This document shows positions 44,631 to 58,166 of a stretch of DNA of 64,000 bases, piece by piece; the first letter of the stretch is position 1; every line of letters starts with the position of its first letter. Below the pieces are notes generated by a model. It made no database searches, was not told the DNA's origin, and saw nothing but the letters and a program-made list of their open reading frames with translations. Location of the stretch: NCBI RefSeq assembly GCF_009914755.1, contig NC_060927.1; one strand, given 5' to 3'. Position numbers and translations under genes: made by a program. Source of the DNA: the human T2T-CHM13v2.0 reference genome, Homo sapiens.

Positions 44631-44970
44631 GATATGGTTTGGCTTTGTGTCCCCACCCAAATCTCATCTCAAATTGTAATCCCCACCTGTTGAGGGAGGG
44701 ACCTGGTAGGAGGTGATTGGATCATGTGGGTGGTTTCCCCCGTGCTGTTCTTGTGACAGTGAGGGAGTTCTCATGAGATCTGATGGTTTAAAAGTGGCAC
44801 TTCCCCCTTCACTCTCTTTCCTGCCACCATCTAAGACGTGCTTTGCTTCCCCTTTGCCTTCTGCCAGATTGTAAGTATCCTGAGGCCTCCCCAGCCATGT
44901 GGAACTGGTAATTTATACATTACCCAGTCTTGGGTAGCTCTTTATAGCAGTGTGAAAACAGACTAATACA
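44631..44970 (+). mobile_element. MSTA/THE1-type MaLR solo LTR
   Basis: gatatggtttggctttgtgtccccaccc...cagactaataca. Confidence 0.88.
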
Positions 44971-45694
44971 GGGAAGTAAGCTCTTACTGTGGAAAAGGCA
45001 AAAAATCTGCCCAGACCTTTCCTTACCCAAGACTGAGGTTGGACCAGGATGACCAAGTCTTCTGGCGTCCTCTACCAAGATAGCAAGCACCAAGTAACAA
45101 GCAGGGTGAAAGGCAAAAGCATGGAGAGAGACTCCTGTGTGGTATAGGCTCATTGGGAAGGCTGCAAGCTGAGAATGAAATAGGATATTGAGAAAATCCC
45201 TCTAGCACGCTACCCTAAGCAAAAGGTAATATTAGAGGAAATCGAACCTGGTAGTGTACTGAAGATGGACCAATAAAACCCAAACCCAGCTTAACTACTG
45301 AGTAAGCTGATTCAAGACCCCACATTACTGACCTAGCAGAAAAAGCATGCTTATTTTGGGGCATAGATTATCTCAACCCCTACTGTCCTACACAAGATGC
45401 TTGGCATTTGATAAAATATTATGAGCATGAAAAAGAAAAAAACAACTCATTGTGAAGAGGGAAAGTAATCAACAGAACCACACTCTCAGATAACCTAAGT
45501 GTTAGAACTAAGAGAGATGGAACTTAAAATATATTTGATTAATATATTAATCATATATATTGAAGGTTCTAGTGGAAAAAAATAGACAGCAACATGAATG
45601 ACCAGAGGGGAATTTCAGCAGAGAAAAAAAATGTTTACATTAAATGAATATGCTTGAAACAGAAAACATAGTAACAGAGATAAAGTAGTCTAAA

Positions 45695-45900
45695 GCAGTG
45701 GTATACAACTAGGGGCAATTCTGCCTTTCTGGAGACATTTGGCAGTATCTGGAGATATTTTTGGTTGTCACCACTGGAGGAGTGCTGCTAGATCTAGAGG
45801 GTGGAGGCCAGGGATGCTGCTGAACATCCTATAACGTACAGGTGAGCCTCATACGACAAAGAATTATCCAGCCCAAAATGTCAGTAGTGCCCAAACTACT
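45695..45900. mobile_element. MER20 (hAT-Charlie)
   Basis: ggagacatttggcagtatctggagatatttttggttgtcac...aaagaattatccagcccaaaatgtcagtagtgc. Confidence 0.85.
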
Positions 45901-46702
45901 TTAGCCTGACTGATAAAAAAAAAAAAAAAAAAAGAAGACACAAATTACCAACATCTGCAATGAAAAAGGGGACAATGCTACAGGTCTCAGGACATTAAAT
46001 GGATAGAATAATATCACAAATTATTGTATGCCCATAAAGTCAACTTAGTCATCGAAGTCTTGTAAGGAAATGGACCGATTCCTTATGAGATGGGTACCAC
46101 CAAAGCTCATGTAAGTGCATAACCTAAGTAGTTCTATGTCTATTAAAAATGTTGAATTGTGTAGTTAAAAATCTTGTAACAAAACTACAGGCCCAAATGG
46201 CTTCACTACCAAAAGCCAGAGATCAGGACAAGACCAAGCCTTTCTCAGTGCCAGGAGGAATGCTTGAGCTTCAACTCCCAGTTCCCACCTCTGTTATGCT
46301 TCCAGGGATTCCCAAATATTTTGCATTCTGTGGTGTTCACACCTCAATTCTATCTCACAGTGCTGACCTGATCAGTTGAAAGGTGCTGTTGCACGTAAGA
46401 GTGACCTTTGCATGTTGGGTGAAAGGGAAGCCTCAGAAAGGCAGTAATTTGAGCCAGTGGTAGACATTCTTTCCCAACTCAACTTGCCAAGGCTTTTTCG
46501 CTTAAAGCTTTCTTAAATTCTTAAGAAATTACATGGCTGTGTGATGGTAGATCCTCCCACCCTGATGGGGCAATCTCATTTCAGTCACCTGCAGGTGTCT
46601 ACTGGGGTGGAGATCCAGCTTCTAAGGCTTTGTCAAATACTGTGGCTCCTGAGGCAAAGCAGTTCAGAAGCATAGCTGAGACTGAGCCTCATGATGGGAC
46701 GG

Positions 46703-47068
46703 TAATATCGTTTGGCTGTGTCCCCACCCAAATCTCATCTTGAATTGTAACTTCCACAACTCCCACGTGTCGTGGGAGGAACCCAGTGGGAGGTGATTGA
46801 ATCATGAGGGCGGGTCTTTCCCGTGCTGTTCTTGTGATAGTGAATAAGTCTCATGAGCTCTGATGGCTTTAAAAATGGAAGTCTCCCTGCACAAGCTCTC
46901 TGTTTGCCTGCTGTCATCCATGTAAGATGTGACTTGCTCCTCCTTGCTTTCTGCCATAATTGTGAGGCCTCCCCAGCCATGTGGTACCGTAAGCGCAATA
47001 AACCTCCTTCTTTTGTAAATTGCCCAGTCTCGGGTATGTCTTTATCAGCAGCATGAAAGACTAATACA
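46703..47068 (+). mobile_element. THE1 solo LTR
   Basis: atatcgtttggctgtgtccccacccaaatctcatcttgaattgta...tttatcagcagcatgaaagactaataca. Confidence 0.9.
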
Positions 47069-47157
47069 GACGGGTAAGCAGTGAATAGGCAAAACACACT
47101 CGTGGGTGAGGTAGCTCACAAACAGCCTTATCTTTCCAAAGGAAGACATAAACCAAG

Positions 47158-47415
47158 TGTGTTGATCCATTTTGCCTTGCTATAAAGGAATACCTGAGGC
47201 TGGGCAACTTATAACGAGTTTTATTTGGCTTATGGTTTTGCAGGTGGTACAAGCATGGCACCAGCATCTGCTAGGCATCTGATGCTTTAACTCTTGGTAG
47301 AAGGTGTAGGAGGAGCAGGCATGCCGCATGGCGAGAGACAGAGCAAGAGAGATGCCAGGTTCTTTTGAACAATTGGCACTCATGTGAACTAACAGACTAA
47401 GAACTCTTTCCATGG
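47158..47415 (-). mobile_element. MST-type LTR fragment
   Basis: ccattttgccttgctataaaggaatacctgaggctggg. Confidence 0.75.
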
Positions 47416-48354
47416 AACTAGAGGCTCTAGGAGGACTGGATTAGGACTGCATCCAGTACACACTGATGTAAAGCTAACATCTTCCCTCATCACACTGCTT
47501 TTGAGAGCCATTCAAAACACTAAAGATCGAGATATTGGAGTCTGCCCATTTTATATTCCATAACTAATGGAGACTGCTCAAGTGAAAGCTTAAATTTACA
47601 GGTAATTTTCTGTCCCTATCTACACTTCAGACTAGAGCATCGGCAATTTCTTCACTAAAGCTAATTACTTTTTAAAGTGGTGTGACTGACAAAAAGAAGT
47701 CAGCCCAAGGATGCTGCAGTGCCAGAGTTTGTAACAATATAATTAGGAGTGAAGGTTGGTGAGGTGACCACCCTCCCTGATGACATCTTTCTTCCTTTCT
47801 CTATAGTTTTACAGTTCACTTATGCAAAACTGGACAATCAAACAGCCAAAGCAGTAGAGATAGGTCTGCCAGCAACTGAGTTGGTTCTAATGCAACAGCT
47901 GAGGGAAGTTTGAGCCTTTCTCTGCAGCCCTAGACCATCTGTAATTAGGCTGTGGTTCTTTAACTGCCAAGGCCTTTGAGTTAAGCTGGGTTAGTAAGGT
48001 TGTTTGATATGGATCGCATAGGATAAGAGTAGGTAGTGGTATTTTCTGGGAGATAAGAGTCAATGTGAGTAGTTTTTTGGGTGGGGTGGGTGGTGGGGAA
48101 GGCAGTTTTTCTGAACATTATAAGAAGTTTCCAATATCTCAAAACTTTTGTAATAGTGTTTTCCCAAAGAAATATAATGTGAGCCCCACATATAGTTACA
48201 ATTTAAAATTTTCTGAGTCATGTTAAAAAATAAATAGGAACAGGTAAAATTAATTTGAATATATTTTATTTAATCTGATTTATTTAAAATACCATTTAAG
48301 CATGTAATTAATATAAAGGTGGATAAAATATTTTAAATTAAAAAGGAGACTTTA

Positions 48355-49342
<988 letters not shown>

Positions 49343-49633
49343 TCAAGTGCTGAATAGCTACATGTGATTCAATGAGCTTTGGTCAGCTCAGCTTTACAAC
49401 CTCTCAGGTTCTTTCTCTAAGCAAACTCTCTTAGGTTCTGAAATTGAGAAGGCGTGGAGGGTGACTATTGGATTACAAAGCCTTTATGATTCCAACAACT
49501 CTCAGTTAATAGAAGCATCCGTCCTGTCTCTTGATGTCCTAGTGACTAAAGACATGTCTAGAGAAGAAACTCTTTTAACTATATTTTTATATAGTTACAT
49601 GACAGCCTTTGAGAAAATTGAGAATTAAGGCCA

Positions 49634-49800
49634 GGCCCAGTGCAAAATGAAAATGTTGTGGAGGTGGCGGGGAGGGGAGGCGGGTGCTGGTTTAAAAATT
49701 AAGAATTTCAAGATTGCCATAGCAGAGCAAGAAAGTAAGTACAGGGCCCTTCTGAGCCCTATGTGACTGCACGGGTGGGACCCTTTTGAAGCTAGTCCTG
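49634..49800 (-). mobile_element. MER45A-like hAT MITE
   Basis: ggcccagtgcaaaatgaaaatg..aagaatttcaaga..gggcccttctgag..gtgactgcac. Confidence 0.75.
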
Positions 49801-50209
49801 GTCAGGGTTTATGTCTCTGGATGAATCCAGATGTGTAAAAGGCAAGGAAGTGGCGAGATTCCTTGGGCTATCTTTGAGAAACGGGGACCTTAAAGGAGAC
49901 TGCAAAATCTTACCTACTGGAATTAATGGAGGAAAAGAAAGTGTTTGCGCCTGTGAGAACGCCTTGGAAAGAGGCAGTGAGCAGATGAGGCAGATAGGTA
50001 AGACACTTGGTTTTGCTGATTAAACCACTGATGAATCAGTGCCACTCACATCCTGGGTAATTCTAGGGACACTAGTTGGACAACGCTGACATCTGAAGAG
50101 GTGGCAGGGCGGAACATGGATCCCTTTAAGGCTACTTTATTGTCGATTTCCTCCTTCTCTAAGCTAGAAACAGGGGGTGCCTGAGTGGCCTCCAGAAGCC
50201 ACTACTGTA

Positions 50210-50521
50210 GGCCAGGAGCAGTGCCTCACGCCTGTAATCCCAGCACTTTGGGAGGCCGAGGCGGGCGGATCACCTGAGGTCGGGAGTTCGAGACTGGTGT
50301 GACCAATATGGTGAAACCCGTCTTTACTAAAAATACAAAAATTAGCCGAGTGTGGTGGCGCGCGCCTGTAACCCCAGCTACTCAGGAGGCTAAGGCGGGA
50401 GAATCGCTTGAATCCGGAGGCGGAGGTTGCAGTGAGCCGAGATCACACCACTGCACTCCAGCCTGGGCGACGGAGGGAGACCCTGTCTCAAAAAACAAAC
50501 AAACAAACAAACAAACAAAAA
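50210..50521 (+). mobile_element. AluSq/Sp with unusually preserved CpGs and (AAAC)n tail
   Basis: cacctgaggtcgggagttcgag; about 18 CpGs by my count. Confidence 0.9.
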
Positions 50522-50549
50522 CGCTACTACTGTTGGAGTCGGCTTGAGC

Positions 50550-51310
50550 TGTGGCATTGTTGTTTCCAGCCCGTGACCCTCACGCCGCCCTGCTCGTTGG
50601 GCGGACCGGGCCCTGGCGGCGGGTGAGGAGGAACCTTTACTTACCGGCGCCCTGGCCTCTGCTTTTTTCCCACTCTAGGACGCAAATCTCGATCTGCAAG
50701 GGCCTGGGGCGCGGGCGGAAAAGGCGGGCCCAGCTCCCTCAGGTCTGCGTGTCACCGACCCGAACCCGCTCCGTCGTCCTGACGCCCCCGGCCTAGCTGC
50801 AGCCACCTTGTCGCAGGGGCCTTGGTGTCTCTGAGACTCCGAGACGCCTCGCCCCCACCTGGCGTTCGGAGGCGGTTGCCTCGCTGGGCGCAGCAATTCA
50901 ACCGCCGCGCGCCGGATGCTAAGACCGCGATTTCCCCGGATGCTAGGGCGGTGATTTCCCCCGTGACAGGCCCCGCCCCGGCCCCGCCCAGGCCCGGGCG
51001 GTCCCGCCCCACTGAGCTGTGGCTCGGGGAGCCGTGGGTCCGACTCCTGCGTGTGATGTGTCACCAAGTTGACTTTGGGGTCCCCCATTCTTCCTTAGTT
51101 CTCTATTTTACCTCAGCGCGTTGTCTAGCTGCTGCCTGGCCACGGTACTTAGCACACAGCGTGACTTAATACTGGATAAACGAGGAAAGGATTCGTACGC
51201 CCTGGCGGGGCCAGAGGCTCACAGCTTGGGTTCCCGCGAGCACACGAGCCAGGAACCGCCAATGCCTCCAGGGGGCGCTCTCCCTCCCATCGAGCCACCG
51301 CCGGGCCATT
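50550..51310. promoter_or_regulatory. RPL39L: CpG-island promoter of RPL39L with GC-box cluster at 50971-51010
   Basis: The only non-repeat CpG-dense region in the window; contains ccccgccccggccccgcccaggcccgggcggtcccgcccc. Confidence 0.88.
50645..50905 (-). other. RPL39L: RPL39L non-coding exon 1 (TSS approximate)
   Basis: Consensus donor CCG|gtaagt (GT at 50644-50643). No ATG in 50645-50905 on the minus strand. Confidence 0.8.
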
Positions 51311-51681
51311 GGAGACCAGGAGGACCTCTCAGCTCCATCCCTGCGTCTCTAACAATTGTCTCATTTCCCTGCCTGGAGTCAGTATTACCACTCCCATAAC
51401 ACAGATTTTTAAAATGCAACTAAATTTTAAACGAGTCACTTTATTTAAAAACAACATGAACAAAATGGGATTTCTGCTAATGCAAATATCTATACAAATT
51501 TAACGATTTTGGTTCTAATTCTAGATGAAAAGTCAAATCTCCTGTTACATATGAGAAAAGTCAAATCTCCTGTTACATATTAGAAGTTTACCTCTTGTTA
51601 CCTTTACTGCAACTGCAATGGCAGTTTCAACTGTTTCAACCAAATAATGTAGTTGGAAATGCTGTTATTAGAAGTATATCT

Positions 51682-51919
51682 TCCCAGCATTTCGGGAGGC
51701 CAAGGTGGGTGGTTTACTTCAGGTCAGGAGTTCGAGACCAGCCTGGCCAACATGATGAAACCCTGTCTCTACAAAAATACAAAAACTAGCCAGGCGTGGT
51801 GGCGGGTGCCTGTAATCCCAGCTGCTCAGGAGGCTGAGGCACGAGAATCGGTTGAACCCTGGAGGCAGAGGTTGCAATGAGCTGTACTCCAGCCTGGGCA
51901 ACAGAGTGAGACTGCATCT

Positions 51920-51958
<39 letters not shown>
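51682..51958 (+). mobile_element. AluS (5'-truncated) with ~38-nt pure A tail
   Basis: Direct reading. Confidence 0.9.
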
Positions 51959-51960
<2 letters not shown>

Positions 51961-52496
51961 GGATATGACAGTTCGAATTAGATCTAAAACCTTTCCTAAT
52001 TACACCAGTTAAATCATGAAATCATGCAATAGTAGAACAGGTGTCTTACCTACCTGCATTATCCTGTAAATATTGACATGTTATTCTACATAATCATAAA
52101 CTGACCGATCACACATATCTTTAAATCTAATCATCATAACTAAAAACTGTATTTGAATAAAATTAGTGTATTTCTAAATCTGTCTTTAACAGACACAAAG
52201 ATGTAAATTTGAAATGTCTTGGTAAATGAGGTTAACACAATATAAATATTTTTGACGAATTCATCATAATTTGTTCATTTTAAGGAGATTGATTTTATTT
52301 TCTTGAAGCTTAAGGAGGACTTTGACATTTTAAATGTATCTAAAATTTAAATTTTATTAAATTTTACATTTCACATTTCTTTTTTTTATTGATTGAAACA
52401 AGCATTTCACATTTCATATTTCTTTTTTTTATTGATTGAAACAAGCATTCCATAGTCATTTCAAATAGTGTACAAAGTATTTTAAAATGTTTTTCT

Positions 52497-53095
52497 GGCC
52501 GGATGCAGTGGCTCACGCCTGTAATCCCAGCACTTTGGGAGGCCGAAGCGGGTGGATCACCAGGTCAGGAGATCGAGACTATCCTGGCCAACATGATGAA
52601 ACCCTGTTTCTACTAAAAATACAAAAATTAGTCAAACGTGGTGGTACGTGCCTGTAGTCCTAGCTACTCAGAAAGCTGAGGCAGGAGAAGCGCTTGAACC
52701 TGGGAGGCGGAGGTTGCAGTTTTTCTTCAAAGACCTATCTGATTTCCATATGCAGGATAACACATTCAAACTCTTATTTGTTGTTAATGTAAGCTTTAAT
52801 TCATATAGTTGTTTTTTTTTTCTTTGAGGAGTCTCTATCGCCCATACTGGAGTGCAGTGGCACAATCTCACTGCAACCTCCGCCTCCCAGGTTCAAGTAA
52901 TTCTCATGCTTTAGCTTCCCAAGTAGCTGGGATTACAGGTGCATGCCAACATGCCTGGCTAATTTTTGTATTTTTAGTAGATACAGGGATTCACCATGTT
53001 GGCCAGGCTCGTCTCGAACTCCTGACCTTTGGTCATCCACCTGCCTCAGCCTCCCAAAGTGTTGGGATTATGGGGTGAGCCACTACGCCAGGCCT
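52497..53095. mobile_element. Inverted Alu pair: plus Alu 52497-52719 (3'-truncated) and minus Alu 52809-53095
   Basis: Tail-to-tail arrangement with a ~90-bp spacer. Confidence 0.88.
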
Positions 53096-53394
53096 GCTTT
53101 TAATTTTGTGAATGGTCTTGATAACATTTCATTGTTCATTGATTAAATTCATTGTTGTGATGTTTTAAGCTTGGTGACTTAATGTTGTTGATGAACAATG
53201 CAACTAGTTGCCAAAAGCCTGATATTACACTTTACTACCCAACTACAGCTGATGCTCAAATAATGACATTGGGATATGATTTTAAAATTTATTTTCCTGA
53301 AATAATGTGTGTGTCAAATCTTAACACCCCATTGTATTCCTTGTCAGTAACTTTGAAGACAACAACAACAAAAAACCTCCTTATCTTTATATCA

Positions 53395-54187
53395 CTGTTT
53401 TGGCCTATTTGCATTGCTATAAACGAACACTTGAGGATGGATAATTTATGAAGAAAGATTTATCTGGCTCATGTTCCACAGGCTGTATAAGAAGCATGGT
53501 GCCCACATCTACATCTAGTGAGAGCCTCAAACTGCTTTCACTCATGGTGCAAGGGAAAGGGGAGCAACTTGTGCAGAGATCACATGGCAAAAGACGCAAG
53601 AGAGAGTAGAGAGGGAGGCTCTTTTTAAATATCAGCTCTCAAGGTGTATTAGTCCATTTTTACACTGCTAATAGAGACATACTGGAGACTGGGTAATTTG
53701 TAAAGGAAAGCAGTTTAGTTGACTCACAGTTCTCCATGGCTGGGGAGGCCACACAAAATTTACAATCATGGTGGAAGAGGGAGCAAACATGTTCTTCTTC
53801 ACATGGCAGCAGCAAGGAGAAGTGCTGAGCAAAAGGGGGAAAAACCCCATATAAAACTATCAGACCTCATGAGAACTCAATCGCTATAACAAGAACAGCA
53901 TGAGGGTTAACTGCCCCATGATTAAATTATCTCCCACTGGGTCCCTCCCACAACATGGGGATTATGGGAACTACAATTCACGATGAGATTTGAGTTGGGC
54001 ACAGCCAAACCATATCACGAAAGCACTAAGAGTGCGAAGTCACCATCCCCCAGAGAGGGCATTAATATATTCACGAGGGATCCACCTTAAACCTCAGGAC
54101 CCAAATATTTCCCATCAGGCCCCACCTCTAACATTAGGGATCAAATTTCAATATGCAGTTTGGGGGACGAACGTCCAAAGTATAGCA
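53395..54187 (-). mobile_element. MST LTR with nested THE1 LTR (~53645-54017)
   Basis: THE1 tgtattagtccattt...aaaccatatca interrupts an MST-like LTR. Confidence 0.8.
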
Positions 54188-54199
54188 ATCAGCCTTTTA

Positions 54200-55713
54200 A
54201 AACTTACCCTTTTCATTTTGAGATAATTGCAGATTTACCTGCAGTTGTAAGAAGTAGTATAGGGGCTGAGTGTGGTGGCTTATGCTTATAAACCCAGTGC
54301 TTTGGGGGGCCAAGGTGGGAGGATCTCTTGAGCCCAGGAGTTTAAGACAGTCTGGGTCATACAGCAAGACCCTGATCTACAAAAAATTGAAAGTTAACCA
54401 GGCATGGTGGTGTGCATCTGTAATCCAGCTACTTGGGAGGCTGAGGCGGGAGGGTGGCTTGAGTCCAGGAATTTGAGGCAGCAGTGAGCTACAATCACAT
54501 CACTGCACTCCAGCTTGGTTGGCAGAGTGAGACCCTGTCTCTAAAAAAAGAAAGAAAGAGAAATAGTTCAGAGATTCTTTGTGCCCTTTGCCCAGTTTCT
54601 CCAAAAGGTAAAATCTTGCAAAACTCTACAATAATATTACTATCAGGATATTGGCATTGTTACAGTCAAGATACAGAACTCTTCCATCACCATAAGAATC
54701 CCTCATGGTGCTCTTTAATAGGCACAGCAACTTTCCACCTGCTTCCACTCCTCCCATATGCCATTAGTTCTCCATTTTTATAAACTTGTCCTTTCAAGAT
54801 CGCAATATAAAGGAGAACTATAGCATGTAACCTTTTGGGATTGGCATTTTTTTTTGCTCAGCATAATTCTCTGGAGATTCATCCAGTTTATTGCCTGTAT
54901 CAGTAGTTTGTGTCTTTTTATTGCTGAATAATATTCCATAATATCCACAGTGTATTTAACCATTATCAGTTGAAGAACATCTGGGCTAATTATGAATAAA
55001 GTTGCTATAAAATTTGTGTCTAGGTTTTTGTGTGAACATGAGTCTTTATTTCTTTGAGACAAATGCCCAGAAGTGTAATTCCTAAGCCATATGGTAGTTG
55101 CATGCTTAATTTTTCAGAATCTGACAAACTGATTTCCAGAATGGCCATATCATTTTTTTCCCACTAGTAAACTATGAGTGATTCTTTGCATCCTCACCAG
55201 AATTTGATGTTGTCACTTCGTTTTAGTAATCTTGCTAGGTATATATCAATATATCATTGTAGTTTTAATTTGCATTTCCCTAATGGCTAATGATATAGAA
55301 CATCTTTTTTCATTTGCCAATTTGCAATCTTGTGTATCCTCTTCAGTAAAATCTCTTTTCATTACCATGTTTGTTTCCTTTTACTATTGAATTTTGAGAG
55401 CTCTTTATATATTCAAAATGCTAGGCCTTTGTCAGATATGTGTTTTACAGATATTTTCTCCCATTCTGTAGCTTGTCTTTTCATTCTCTTAACAGGGTCT
55501 GTCACAGAGCAAAAGTTTTTAACGGGTGAAGTTACATTTATCAACTTTTCTCTTACGAGTGATGTTTTTAGTGTTAAGACTCTTTGTCTAGCTCTAGCTC
55601 TTAAAGATTTTCTCTTTTTTTCCTAAAAGTATTATAGTTTGATATTTTACATTTAAGTCTGTGATCCATTTTTAGTTAATTGTTATATAAGGTATGAGTA
55701 CTTTTTTGCCTGC
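54200..55713 (-). mobile_element. Old L1M 3' fragment with AluJ at 54264-54562
   Basis: ORF 54778-55062 (-) MEYYSAIKRHKLLIQAINWMNLQRIMLS is the L1 ORF2 C-terminus. Confidence 0.8.
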
Positions 55714-58166
55714 TTTATTAGTCTATTCTCACACTGCTATAAAGATACTACCTGAGACTGGGTAATTTATAAAGAAAGGAGGTTTAACTGACTCACAGTT
55801 CCACATGGCTGAGGAGGCCTCAGGAAACTTACAATCATAGCAGAGGGCAAAGGGAAAGCAAGTACCTTCTTCACAAGGTGAAGACAGGCAAGAGAGAGAG
55901 AGCTCAGGGAAATTGCCAGACTTATCAAACAACCAGATCTCAGGTAAAAACACTTACTATCATGAGAACAGCATTGGAGAAACCACCCCCATGAGAAATC
56001 ACTCACTATCATGAGAACAGCGTAGAGGAAACTGCCCCCATGATCCAATCACCTCCCACCAGGTCCCTCCCTCAACGTGTGGGGATTACAATTCAAGATG
56101 AGATTTGGGTGGGGACACAGACCCAGACCATATCATTCCACCCTGGCCCCTCCCAAATTTCATGTTCTTTTCATATTTCAAAACCAGTCATGCCTTCCCA
56201 ACAGTTCCCCAAATTCTTAACTCATTCAATCATTAACTCAAAAGTCCAAGTCCAAACTCTCATCTGAGACAAGGCAACTCCCTTCCACCAATAAGCCTGT
56301 AAAATCAAAAGCAAGTTAGTACTTCCAAGGTACATGGGGGTACAGGTATTTGATAAATGTTCCCATTCCAAATGGGAGAAATCGTCCAAAACAAAGGGGC
56401 TACAGGCCCCATGCAAGTCCAAAATCCAAACAGGGCAGTCATTAAATCTTAAAGCTTCATGATGATCTCCTTTAACTCCATATTTCCCATCCAGGTCATG
56501 CTGATGCAAAATATAGGCTCCCGAGGCCTTTGGCAGCTCCACCTCTGTGACACTGCAGGATACAGCCCCCATGGCTGCTTTCACGGGCTGGTGTTAAGTG
56601 TCTGCAGCTATTCCGGGCACAAGGTGCAAGCTGTGGATGGCTCTATCATTCTGGGGTCTGAGGTGGCCCTCTTCTCACAGCTGCACTAGGCAGTGCACCA
56701 GTGGGGACTCTGTGTGGGGGCTCCAACCCCACATTTCCCCTCTGCATTGCCCTAGTAGAGGTTCTCCATGAGGGCTCCACCCCTGAAGCAGGCTTCTGCC
56801 TGGACATGCAGGTGTTTCCATACATCCTCTGAAATCTAGGCAGAGGCTGCCAAGATTTCAACTTGGCAGCCTCAACTCTTGTCTTCTGTGCACCCGCAAG
56901 CCCAACACCACATGGAAGCTGGCAAGGCTTGGGGCCTGCACCCTCTGAAACATGGCCCAAACTGTACCTTGCTCCCTTTTAGTCCCAGCTGGAGCTGGAG
57001 CAGCTGGGACACAGGACACTAAGTTGTAAGGCTGCACAGAGCAGCAGGGTCCTGAGCTTGGCCCACAAAACAATTTTTCCCTCCTAGGCCTCTGGGCTTG
57101 TGATGGGAGGGGCTGCCTTGAAGATCTGTGACATGGAAATGGAGACATTTGCTCCACTGTCTTGGCTATGAACATTCAGATCCTGGTGACTTATGCAAAT
57201 TTCTGCAGCTGGCTTGAATTTCTCCCCACAAAATGGCTTTTTCTTTTCTACCTCATGGTCAGGCTGCAAATTTTCCAAACTTTTATGCTCTGCTTCCCTT
57301 TTAAATATAAGTTCCATTCAAATCATCTCTTTGTGAACACATATAACTGTATGCTTTCAGGAAAAGACAGATCAACTCTTGAATGCTTTGCTGCTTAGAA
57401 ATTTCCTCTGTCAGATACCCTAAATCATCTCTTTCAAGTTCAAAGTTCCACAGATCTAGGACAGGAGCAAAATGTCACCAGTCTCTTTGCTAAAGCATAG
57501 CAACAGTAACATTTGCTCCAGTTCCCAACAAGTTCCTCATCTCCATCTGAGACCACTTCAGCCTGGAATTCATTGTCCATTTCACTATCAGCATTTTGGT
57601 CAAAACCATTCAACAAGTCTCTAGGAAGTTCCAAACTTTCCCTTATTTCCCTGTCTTCTTCTGAGGCCTCCAAACTATTCTAACCTCTGCCTGTTACCCA
57701 GTTCCAAAGCTGCTTCCATATTTTCAGGTTATTTTTATAGCAGTGCCCCACTCCCAGTACCAGTTCTCTGTATTAGTTCTTTCTCACACTGCTGTAAAAG
57801 TACTACCTGAGACTAGGTAATTTATAAAGAAAGGAGATTTAATTGACTCACAATTCTGCATGGCTGGGGGGACCTCAGGACACTTACAATCATGGTGGAA
57901 GGTGAAGGGGAAGCAAGGCTTGTCTTACATGGCAGCAGGTGAGAGACAGTGAGAGAGAGAGAGAACGAGAGAGAGAGAGAGCGAGTGCAGGGGAAATTGC
58001 CACACACTTATCAACCAGATCTTGAGAGAACTCTCTCACTGCCACAAGAACAGCATGGGGGAAACTGCCCATGATCCAATCACCTCCCACCAGGTCCCTT
58101 GCTTGACACATGAGGATTACAATTCAAGATGAGATTTGGGTGGGGACACGGAGCCAAATCATATCA
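55714..58166 (-). mobile_element. Full-length MaLR provirus (MSTA/THE1D-type): LTR-internal-LTR
   Basis: LTRs at 55714-~56134 and ~57769-58166. Internal ORF remnants (RESLELPRDLLNGFDQNADS; HKSLENLQPDH). Perfect 5-bp TSD cctgc at 55709-55713 and 58167-58171. Confidence 0.92.

Noticed and set aside
50551-51419. Several 66-137 aa GC-rich ORFs on both strands in the CpG island
   Set aside because: Expected from stop-codon scarcity in GC-rich DNA; low-complexity P/R/G/A composition with no recognisable domain.
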